From Candidatus Sumerlaeia bacterium (GTDB taxonomy: Bacteria > Sumerlaeota > Sumerlaeia > SLMS01 > JANRJK01): 64,000 nucleotides of DNA. How positions within the stretch are numbered: position 1 is the stretch's first letter; each line of letters opens with the position of its first letter. The notes below the pieces were generated by a model. It saw only the letters and a program-made list of their open reading frames with translations. It did no database searches and was not told the origin of the DNA. The position numbers and the translations under genes were made by a program. Shown piece by piece: positions 56,835 to 64,000 of the stretch. The DNA lies in the NCBI GenBank assembly GCA_033764015.1, contig JANRJK010000008.1, positions 34,685-98,684 of the forward strand, given 5' to 3'.

Positions 56835-58382
56835 ATGGCGGACTTCCAGCGGTTGGATCGGCGCGGGTTTCTGAAACTGGGCGGAGCGGGCCTCGCGGGC
56901 CTTGGCCTCGCCGGAACGGGACTGGTCGCGCCGCGCGCGTCGTTCGCGCAGGCGGCGGAAGCGAAGGGAACCCCCACCCGCGTGATCTTCATGGTCTCCG
57001 ACGGCATGAGCATGGGCGTCGTTTCGCTCGCGGAGCAGCTCGCCCGGCGGGCCCGCGGCAAAGGCACCGCCTGGGCCGAACTGCTGCAGGATCCGAACGT
57101 GCCCCGCGGCTTCTTCGAGACGCACTCGCTGACGGGCCTTGTGACCGATAGCGCCGCCGGCGGCGTGGCGTGGAGCACCGGCAGCCGTTGCTTGAACGGC
57201 GTGCTCAACTTCCTCCCGGATGGCACGAAGCTCAGCACTATCGCCGAGGTGCTAGGCGAAAAGGGCGTCCGCATCGGGCTCGTGACCACGACTCGCGTGA
57301 CGCATGCGACTCCCGCGAGCTTCGCCGCCCACGAGCAATCGCGCGAAAACGAGGACGCGATCGCGCCACAGTACCTGGACCGCGTGGACGTGATCCTCGG
57401 CGGCGGGCGCGGCAACTTCGATCCGGGCCGTCGCAAGGACAAGGCGGACGTGGTGGCGAAGTACAAGGAGGCGGGCTACACTTTCGCCGCGAACAAGTCG
57501 GAAATGGCCGGCTTCGCCGGCAAGAAGAAGCTCCTCGGCCTGTTCTCGGGCAGCCATGTCCCCTTCACCATCGACCACATGCACGATGAGAAGCTGCAGG
57601 ACGAGGTGCCGACGCTGGCGGAGATGACGCAGGCGGCGCTCGACGCGCTGGACGACAGCCCCAACGGATTCCTCATGCAGGTCGAAGGCGGACGCGTGGA
57701 CCACGCGGCGCACGGCAACGACGCGACGGGCCTCATCTGGGACCAGGTCGCCTTCGACGACGCCATCCGCGTCGCGCTGGCCTACCAGGAGAAGCGCCCC
57801 GACACGTTGATCGTCCTCACGACGGACCACGGGAACGCCAACCCCGGATTGTTCGGCATCAGCGGAGGCGGCGGCGAGTCGTACGGCGGCTCCAACGCCG
57901 CTTTTGAAAAGCTCCTGGAGGCGCGCGGATCCTACGGCCGCGCGCAAGGCACGCTGGACGACATCCGCAAGGCCAGCGGCACGGTCTCCGCGAAGGACGT
58001 GGCGGACGTGGTCCAAGAGCTCGCCGCGGTAAGCCTCTTCGAGAACGAGGCGGAGGCGCTCGCGAAGCTTGCGAACCGCGAGATCGTTCCGAACTGGAAC
58101 CGCAGCCTCGGTGGCTTCTCGGGCCTCTTTGGCCAGATCATGGCCAACTACTGCGGCATCGCGTTCCTCAGCTCTACGCACACCGAGGACTACGCGCTGG
58201 TCACGGCGATCGGACCGGGGCAGGAGCACTTCGACAAGCTGCAGCCGAACACCGCCGCCTACGACATCATCACGAAGTTCTTCGGCGCCACGCACAAGAA
58301 CCCGTCGATGACGTTCGAGGAAGCGCAGAAGTACGCCGACGCGTCGCCCGCCCGCGGGGAGGGCGACGCGCACTGGGCCTGA
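56835..58382 (+). CDS. Alkaline phosphatase (PhoA family), Tat-exported
   Basis: RRGFLK Tat signal; SDGM, VTDSAA (catalytic Ser), THATPA, VEGGRVDHAAH, TTDH, HT.E. Confidence 0.92.
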   Translation: MADFQRLDRRGFLKLGGAGLAGLGLAGTGLVAPRASFAQAAEAKGTPTRVIFMVSDGMSMGVVSLAEQLARRARGKGTAWAELLQDPNVPRGFFETHSLTGLVTDSAAGGVAWSTGSRCLNGVLNFLPDGTKLSTIAEVLGEKGVRIGLVTTTRVTHATPASFAAHEQSRENEDAIAPQYLDRVDVILGGGRGNFDPGRRKDKADVVAKYKEAGYTFAANKSEMAGFAGKKKLLGLFSGSHVPFTIDHMHDEKLQDEVPTLAEMTQAALDALDDSPNGFLMQVEGGRVDHAAHGNDATGLIWDQVAFDDAIRVALAYQEKRPDTLIVLTTDHGNANPGLFGISGGGGESYGGSNAAFEKLLEARGSYGRAQGTLDDIRKASGTVSAKDVADVVQELAAVSLFENEAEALAKLANREIVPNWNRSLGGFSGLFGQIMANYCGIAFLSSTHTEDYALVTAIGPGQEHFDKLQPNTAAYDIITKFFGATHKNPSMTFEEAQKYADASPARGEGDAHWA

Positions 58383-58411
58383 GCGCCCTTCCCGCGCCGC
58401 ACGGAAATGAT

Positions 58412-58446
58412 CGCGCCGCCGGAGCCATCGAGGCTCCGGCGGCGCG
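58412..58446. terminator. Hairpin between convergent genes
   Basis: CGCGCCGCCGGAGCC-ATCGA-GGCTCCGGCGGCGCG, 15-bp stem. Confidence 0.65.
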
Positions 58447-58471
58447 CCCGTTCACGGGAGCCGGCGGACCC

Positions 58472-59296
58472 TTAGAACTTCGGTAGCGAATGGACGCCGC
58501 TGAGGAACTCGCCCTCGATGGCGACCATCACCACGCTGCCCTGTTCGGCCTGGAGGCGCTGCGCGGCGTTGCCGTTGCGCACGGCGATCTCCATGTAGCC
58601 GGCGCTTCCGATGTAGGAGACCAAGTCGCCCTCCTCGACGTCGGAGTAGCGCTCGCGGAGCGGCGCCTTCTGGGCGCCGACGCGGACGTTCTTGACGAGG
58701 ATCTCGGCGATGTCGTTCTTGCGGATCGAGGTGACGACATTGCCGAAGTGGTCCGTGTGGATGACGGTGCCGAGGACCCGGGAGGACTCGACGTGGACCG
58801 GCGACAGATCGAGGGGGGCGAGGTCGGCCCGGTCCAGCGACGGGCCGAAGCTGCGCAGGGGGACGCCGTTCGCGATGTGCCCGGCGACCGGTGCGAAGAT
58901 GTCGCGGCCGTGGAACGTCTGGCTGATGTGCTCCGCCCAGTACTTGCGCTCCTTCAGTTCGACGATCTCGACCGCGGGGAAGTCCGCGAGGACGAGGTCG
59001 AAAAGCCCGTTGTCCGGGCCGACCAGTGTGCCGTGCTCGGTGCGGACGGCGACGGCGCGGCGCCCGGTGCCGACGCCGGGGTCGACGACCGCGAGGACGG
59101 TCGATCCCTTCGGCAGGTAGGGCACGGCGGAGGCCAGGAGGTATGCGCCCGAAAGCAGGTTCTGGGGGGGGACGTCGTGGGTGAGGGAGATGACGCGCGC
59201 GGACGGGGCGTAGCGGAGCAGCGTCGCTTCGAGGACGCCCGCGTAGATATCGTTGCGGCCGTAGTCGGTCAGCATGGCGACAACGGGTGAACTCAT
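58472..59296 (-). CDS. SAM hydroxide adenosyltransferase / chlorinase-fluorinase family (DUF62)
   Basis: LTDYG..D.Y, THDVPP, VVDPGVGT.RR, GPDNG, STFHGRD-like SQTFHGRDIFAP, DHFGN, EIAV. Confidence 0.92.
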   Translation of the reverse strand: MSSPVVAMLTDYGRNDIYAGVLEATLLRYAPSARVISLTHDVPPQNLLSGAYLLASAVPYLPKGSTVLAVVDPGVGTGRRAVAVRTEHGTLVGPDNGLFDLVLADFPAVEIVELKERKYWAEHISQTFHGRDIFAPVAGHIANGVPLRSFGPSLDRADLAPLDLSPVHVESSRVLGTVIHTDHFGNVVTSIRKNDIAEILVKNVRVGAQKAPLRERYSDVEEGDLVSYIGSAGYMEIAVRNGNAAQRLQAEQGSVVMVAIEGEFLSGVHSLPKF

Positions 59297-59530
59297 GGAT
59301 GGCACTCGGCGAGTGGGGTGGGGACTTCAGGCGTTCAAGATATCGAACGATCCCGGACAATCGACCATGGACCCGCGAAGGGACGCAAGTGAATCGCTTA
59401 ACCCCCCGCCAGCGGCCCGGCGAACCGGCGGACCCGGAGCAAACCGGCGCCGGGCGGGTCGTTTCTTGTCGCCAGCGGCCCGCATCGCCCCAACGCTAGC
59501 GGACGAACCCAACGACTCCCCCGGCCACCC

Positions 59531-60445
59531 ATGAAGCACATCCGCCACGCCCTGCTCTTCGCGCTGCTCGCGTCCGCCGGCTGCCGCTCCGCCGCTCCCC
59601 CGCCGCGGATCGCCGCGCCTCCCTCGGGGGATGGCGCGCCTCCGCCGCTGGAAGCGCCCGCATGGCCGCCGCAAGCGGCCGTCGATCCCACACGCGACTG
59701 GTTCGGCTTCTTCATCGACGAGGAGGAGCTGCGCGATGAGGGCGGGCTGGCGCTCGAGGCATACGGCTTGGCGGTGAGCCGCGTCGAATTCGAGGCGGGG
59801 CGGCGGCGCGCGGAGGGGGAGGACGACGCGGCCTACCGCGAGCGGGTGCGCCGGCAGCTGCTGGCGCTGCGGTGGCTGGAAGGCACATCGGCCGCGGAGG
59901 ATCCCGCGGTGCGGGCGGCGCTGCGCGCGCGGCTGCGCGAGGCGCTCGCCGAGGGCGTGGTCGGCAGGCTCGCGGCGGAGATCGTGCGCCCCGTCGGCGA
60001 AGCGGATGTCCGCGCGGAGTACCAGCGCCGCATCCGCGACTACCAAACGCCCGAGATGGTCCGCATCCGCATGATCCAAGTGGACACGCCAACGGCGGCG
60101 GCGGCGCTGCTGGCGCGCTTCAAGGCGGGCGAGGAGTTCGCGGCGCTGGCGCTGGCGGAGAGCCGCCACGCGAGCCGCGAGAACGGCGGCCTGATGGCGC
60201 CCTTCCCGCGAGGCACGCTCGGCATCGCGGAGCTGGAGGCGCTGGCGTTCCGACTCGAACCGGGCGGAACCGGGACCGTCGAGACACCAGCCGGAGTGTT
60301 CATCGTGGATAAGGTGGCTGCGATCCCGGGCCGGACGGAGCCATACGACGCAGTCGCGCAAGCACTGCGCGCGGAGCTGGAGCGGAAAGCGGTCGAAGAC
60401 GCCCGGCGAAGCGTCCTCGCCCAGATGGAACTGGACCTCCGCTAA
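59531..60445 (+). CDS. Parvulin-type peptidyl-prolyl isomerase, lipoprotein
   Basis: Lipobox SAGC; V.IR.I.V, GEEFAALA...S...S..NGG, E..AF.L, VETPAG.FI. Confidence 0.8.
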   Translation: MKHIRHALLFALLASAGCRSAAPPPRIAAPPSGDGAPPPLEAPAWPPQAAVDPTRDWFGFFIDEEELRDEGGLALEAYGLAVSRVEFEAGRRRAEGEDDAAYRERVRRQLLALRWLEGTSAAEDPAVRAALRARLREALAEGVVGRLAAEIVRPVGEADVRAEYQRRIRDYQTPEMVRIRMIQVDTPTAAAALLARFKAGEEFAALALAESRHASRENGGLMAPFPRGTLGIAELEALAFRLEPGGTGTVETPAGVFIVDKVAAIPGRTEPYDAVAQALRAELERKAVEDARRSVLAQMELDLR

Positions 60446-60451
60446 GCCGCC

Positions 60452-61747
60452 TCAGCCCCCGGACGCGACCGGATCTTCCGCGACCTGCTCGACCTCGAGC
60501 GTCCCCGTGGTCGCCGCATCGAGATCGAGGACGCTGAGCGGCGTGCGGTCCTGGAGCACCTCGAAGCCGCGCACGACGAGCCGGTCGCCCTCGCGGAGCC
60601 CGAAGGTCACCTCGACTTCGTCCCGCCCTTCGAGGCCAAGGACCACCTCGCGCTCCTCCGCGACGTCGTAGGTCGCGTCGGACTGCCTGGCGGCGACGAA
60701 GACCACGCTGCGGTTGTTGCGGCGGCTGATGATCGACTTCGGGATCGAGACGGTGTCGCGGCGCCGGTCCACTACGACCTCGGCGCGGCCGAACATTCCG
60801 GGACGGAGCCGTCCGTCGCGGTTGTCGAGTTCGATATCGACCGTGAAGGCGCGCGTGTCTGCGCTCATGGCTCCCGCGATCACGGCGACCGTGCCTTCCG
60901 CGGTGAAGTCCTCGGTGGCGAAGATGGAAGCCTTCACCGGCTGCCCGACGCGGACGCGCTCGATGTCCTTGCTGGTGACGTCGCAGCGCAGGAAGACCGT
61001 CGCCGGGTCGATGACGCCGCACACCTGGAACTCGCCCGGGATTAGGCGGTTGTTCTGGTCCGTGATGGATTCGCGGCCGAAGGTCGAGGTGAACGTCCCG
61101 GTGCCGCTCAGTGTGGAGGAGTTCACGATGAGCCCCTTGAACGGCGATCGGATCTCGAGGCGCTCCTCCCGGGATCGAAGCTGCGCGAGGCTTGCGAGCG
61201 CCTTCTCCAGATTGATTTCGTTCTGCTTGTGCTGGTTGATGGCGCGTTCCATGGAGATCTCGGAGGAGTCCACTTCGCGCTGCGCCGCGACGCCGCGGGC
61301 GTAGAGCCCTTGGAGGGTGCGGAACTCGCGGATGGACGATTCCATCGAGCGGCGCCCGATATCGAGCGTCTTGCGCGCCAGCTCGATGTCCGCCTCGGCG
61401 CGCTTGATTTCCCCTTCGAGCGACTCCGACTCGATCGTCGCGATCAGCTCGCCCTTCTCGACGAGGTCCGCCTCGTGCCAGTCCTTGGTGAAGAGGAGCC
61501 GTCCGCCCTCTTCGGCGCGGAGCATTCGCGAGCGCGCCGGGACGATCGATCCCGTGGTGGCGACCACCTCTTCTATGTCGCTCCGGCGGACGGTCTGGAC
61601 CATCGCGGGCGCGAGGAACACGCGCGGGGCGCGGACGTCCTCACCCTTGGAGCCACGGCCCTGCCTCATCCCTTCGGGAGGCTTGCAGCCGCCCAGAAGC
61701 GTCAGGGCGCAAGCGCCCGCCAGTAGCATCACGGCCCGTTGGTTCAC
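60452..61747 (-). CDS. RND efflux periplasmic adaptor (membrane fusion protein), lipoprotein
   Basis: LGGC lipobox; lipoyl half-motifs (VEKGELIA, IRSPFKG), coiled hairpin, TR.F.V, LRPGMF, GLREGDRLVV.G. Confidence 0.88.
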   Translation of the reverse strand: MNQRAVMLLAGACALTLLGGCKPPEGMRQGRGSKGEDVRAPRVFLAPAMVQTVRRSDIEEVVATTGSIVPARSRMLRAEEGGRLLFTKDWHEADLVEKGELIATIESESLEGEIKRAEADIELARKTLDIGRRSMESSIREFRTLQGLYARGVAAQREVDSSEISMERAINQHKQNEINLEKALASLAQLRSREERLEIRSPFKGLIVNSSTLSGTGTFTSTFGRESITDQNNRLIPGEFQVCGVIDPATVFLRCDVTSKDIERVRVGQPVKASIFATEDFTAEGTVAVIAGAMSADTRAFTVDIELDNRDGRLRPGMFGRAEVVVDRRRDTVSIPKSIISRRNNRSVVFVAARQSDATYDVAEEREVVLGLEGRDEVEVTFGLREGDRLVVRGFEVLQDRTPLSVLDLDAATTGTLEVEQVAEDPVASGG

Positions 61748-61912
61748 TCGGCACCTCGTCGGGGTCTGGGGCGCGGCCCGGGCGCGCGTCCCCGGTGGGT
61801 TTACGATGCCGGGCGCGAAACCTTCACCCGCGGGTTCGAAGGGCGCAACACGCTCGCCTGCGGTTGCCCCGCTGCACGGGCGCCGCTATCTAGCGCCTCG
61901 GAGGTTGGAACG

Positions 61913-62617
61913 ATGCGCGTGAAGAAGATGGCAAGGGGAGCGGCCGGGCAGAAGGCGCTGGCGATGATCGTGGGCGCCGCATGCCTCGCCGCGGGAATCG
62001 CCGCCGGAGTCTGGTTGGAGCTTTCAAGGCAGCAACCAAAGCCCGCAGCCGCGGCCGAGACCACGGTGCGGTTTGTGAATGTCTGGGCCGGCGACGCGAT
62101 GCCGCCATTCGAACTGCCCGCGCTCGAAGAGGGCGGCGCGCCCTTCCGCTACCCGGAGGATCGCGACCCGGCGAAGGTGCTCGTGCTGAACGTCCACTCG
62201 CCGGATTGTCCCTGCGCGGCGAACTGCGCGGAGCTCATCAACGAGATGGCCACCGCCGGTTACGGCGATGCCCAGATCATCGGGATCCTCTCCGGCGCGG
62301 ACCGCATCGAGACGCTGGTCGAGCGAGTGCGCGAGCAGATCGACCAGAAGGTCGTCTCCTTCCCCGTTTACCGAGATCCGGGCCTGAAGGTGAAGGAACT
62401 GCTGGGGGCGAAGCGCACGCCAACCATCTGGGTGGTCGACAAGGCCGGGCGCGTGGCGTTCGTCGGGGCGCCGGAAAGCACGTTGTTCCCAGGTGCGCCG
62501 GGCCACCGCTACCTGCTGCGCGAGGCCGTAGACGCGGTGCGCTCCGGAAAGCCGATGGAGCCGCCGTACTTCGAACCGCTCGGCTGCCCCATCGAGGTGG
62601 ACGAGTCCGGCGCCTAG
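61913..62617 (+). CDS. Membrane-anchored redoxin (AhpC/TSA, thioredoxin-like) protein
   Basis: N-terminal TM; GD.MPPFEL, CPC, FPVYRD, GAKRTPT..VVD, YL.EAVDAV, GCPI. Confidence 0.82.
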   Translation: MRVKKMARGAAGQKALAMIVGAACLAAGIAAGVWLELSRQQPKPAAAAETTVRFVNVWAGDAMPPFELPALEEGGAPFRYPEDRDPAKVLVLNVHSPDCPCAANCAELINEMATAGYGDAQIIGILSGADRIETLVERVREQIDQKVVSFPVYRDPGLKVKELLGAKRTPTIWVVDKAGRVAFVGAPESTLFPGAPGHRYLLREAVDAVRSGKPMEPPYFEPLGCPIEVDESGA

Positions 62618-62618
62618 G

Positions 62619-62987
62619 CTAGTCCTCGAAGTAGGCGGCATCGAAATCCGCACCCGTGCGTTCCGCAAGGGGACGGAGCTCCTTGAGCTGCGCCTCCGCC
62701 TCGAACCACAGGCCCGCGGTGACCGGCTGCTCAACCATCGCCGCGAGCTCCGCCAAGGCGTCCGCCCCGAGATTGGCGCTCGCTCCGCGCAGCGTGTGGA
62801 GCGCGCGGAGGGTGGCCGCGCCGTCGCGCGCCGCGAATGCTGTCTCGACCTTGTCGACCATCACGGCGAGGTGTTCGAGGAACACGGCCGCGAGTTCGCG
62901 CTCCATCTCCAGATCGCCTAGACTGAGGACATGCAACCGCTCCGCTGAGCGGAGCGGACGAGTTGAACGGGGTGCATCTGGAACCAT
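62619..62987 (-). CDS. Stand-alone Hpt (histidine phosphotransfer) protein
   Basis: GD.E..REL..VFL, LHTLRGASANLGA..LAELA..VE. Confidence 0.85.
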   Translation of the reverse strand: MVPDAPRSTRPLRSAERLHVLSLGDLEMERELAAVFLEHLAVMVDKVETAFAARDGAATLRALHTLRGASANLGADALAELAAMVEQPVTAGLWFEAEAQLKELRPLAERTGADFDAAYFED

Positions 62988-63115
62988 GGGGTTGTCTCCT
63001 TGCGGGCATGGGCACGGCGCCGCCCAATGGGCAATCAGCGCGCCAGCATGGCCGAAGCGGAAGGCACTTCCGCCTTGAGCCCGCTCAGCCCCTCGTAGAT
63101 GGTGCGGATCGCTGT

Positions 63116-63192
63116 GTGCCCGTAGCTCAGTTGGATAGAGCGGAGGTTTCCTAAACCTCAGGCCGGCGGTTCGATCCCGCCCGGGCATACCA
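63116..63192 (+). tRNA. tRNA-Arg(CCT)
   Basis: GTGCCCG/CGGGCAT acceptor stem, GCTC/GAGC D-arm, GAGGT-TTCCTAA-ACCTC anticodon arm, GGTTCGATCC T-loop, encoded CCA. Confidence 0.96.
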
Positions 63193-63404
63193 CCCCTCCA
63201 TCGTCGGCGGCGGTTCGCGGAGAGATTTCGAGTCTCGATACGGGACGCCCACAGGCAGCCGACGGCGCAAAGCAGGACTGAAGGCGGGCCTTCCGACGAT
63301 ACGGAGCTCGACCCCCTTCGCAGACGCCGGTGGCGAATCGTCTTGCGCCCCCATCGCCGGGCACCTAGCCAGTTATCATCACGCGCAAGAAGGTGCCGGA
63401 CAAC

Positions 63405-63864
63405 GTGGTCTTCAGCTCCATCATCTTCCTATTCTACTTCCTACCGGCGGTCCTCCTCGGTTATTTCCTGATTCGGGCATCGCTACAGAATTTCCTCCTC
63501 CTCTGTGCCAGCCTGCTCTTTTACTCATGGGGTGAAGGCGGTTATGTGCTTTTGATGATCGCCTCCATTGTCGCTAACTACCTTTTTGGGTTGGGTATTC
63601 ATCGGTCACGCGAGGGCCCTTTCGGCAAGCCGCTCATGGCAGTGGCGATACTATTCAATCTGGGTCTCCTTGGATATTACAAGTATGCTGGCTTCTTCTA
63701 TGACTCCGTACTGCAACGCTTCGCCCAAGGAATTGCTTCGGAGGATGGATTCACTGCCCCGCACCTGCCCATAGGTATTTCTTTTTTTACGTTCCAGACC
63801 CTCTCCTACCTAGTTGATGTTTTCAGGGGGGAGACCAAAGTGCAACGAAATCCACTCCATCTAG
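63405..63864 (+). pseudogene. MBOAT family O-acyltransferase (AlgI/DltB-like), interrupted by an IS
   Basis: MVFSS..FLFYFLP, SLLFYSWGE, NLG.L.YYKY, LPIGISFFTFQ.LSYLVDV.RG. Homology stops at RNPLHL, before the expected FFPQL.AGPI motif. Markedly lower GC. Confidence 0.85.
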
Positions 63865-64000
63865 CAGCCTGTCGGACTTTGGCCCCTCGTTCGCTCGCCC
63901 GAGGGTAGCTCCCGAGGCGCGAGGCATTGGCGATGAAGAACTGGGCTCCCATGGACCGCGAGCAGCTGCTCGTGCTGCCGCCGTCGGTCGACGATTTGCT
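63865..64000 (+). mobile_element. IS1182-like insertion sequence, left end and transposase start (ATG 63933; runs off window)
   Basis: CTAG followed by CAGCCTGTCGGACTT terminal sequence. ORF MKNWAPMDREQLLVLPPSVDDL matches the IS1182 N-terminal DR.Q..LLPPS motif. Confidence 0.78.

Noticed and set aside
58472..59296. Halogenase (fluorinase/chlorinase) for a natural-product pathway
   Set aside because: No biosynthetic cluster context, and the D/R/H residues (TFHGRD, GT.RR) fit the widespread DUF62 SAM hydrolases.
61810..61860. c-di-GMP-I riboswitch-like words (GCGAAACC...GGGCGCAA)
   Set aside because: No GNRA tetraloop/receptor or second stem could be built; resemblance too weak.

Overview
A high-GC, gene-dense 64 kb stretch of bacterial chromosome. 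It carries housekeeping genes (era, ybeY, a CbpA-type DnaJ, fbaB, mrp/apbC, argS, rny, yceD, leuS, rpsU, ppa, tRNA-Arg(CCT)), a complete MoxR-DUF58-BatABCDE cluster, folate-related genes, and several envelope or secreted proteins. The GspG-like pilin style and a C-terminal '...KNWMMLE' tail suggest Candidatus Sumerlaeota (BRC1); this is an inference, not a database result. The most striking element is a two-gene unit at 33397-35946. An intact Hanks-type Ser/Thr kinase is fused to a C-terminal membrane domain with two H-x13-H pairs (di-heme cytochrome b / ferric-reductase-like), and a membrane-anchored triheme c-type cytochrome follows 3 nt later. Together they look like a transmembrane redox-sensing kinase system. 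Other notable items: a primase-type CHC2 zinc finger fused to TPRs directly upstream of a PilT with an MshEN-like N-terminus; a structured RNA plus terminator in the rny leader; a glutamate-cysteine-ligase-CBS / M14 deacylase pair; a class II aldolase with a possible microcompartment encapsulation peptide; a decayed tRNA-Pro; an AT-rich double palindrome; and a low-GC algI-like gene after tRNA-Arg interrupted by an IS1182-like element at the window end. No CRISPR array or rRNA was seen. All calls come from reading motifs by eye; no searches were run.
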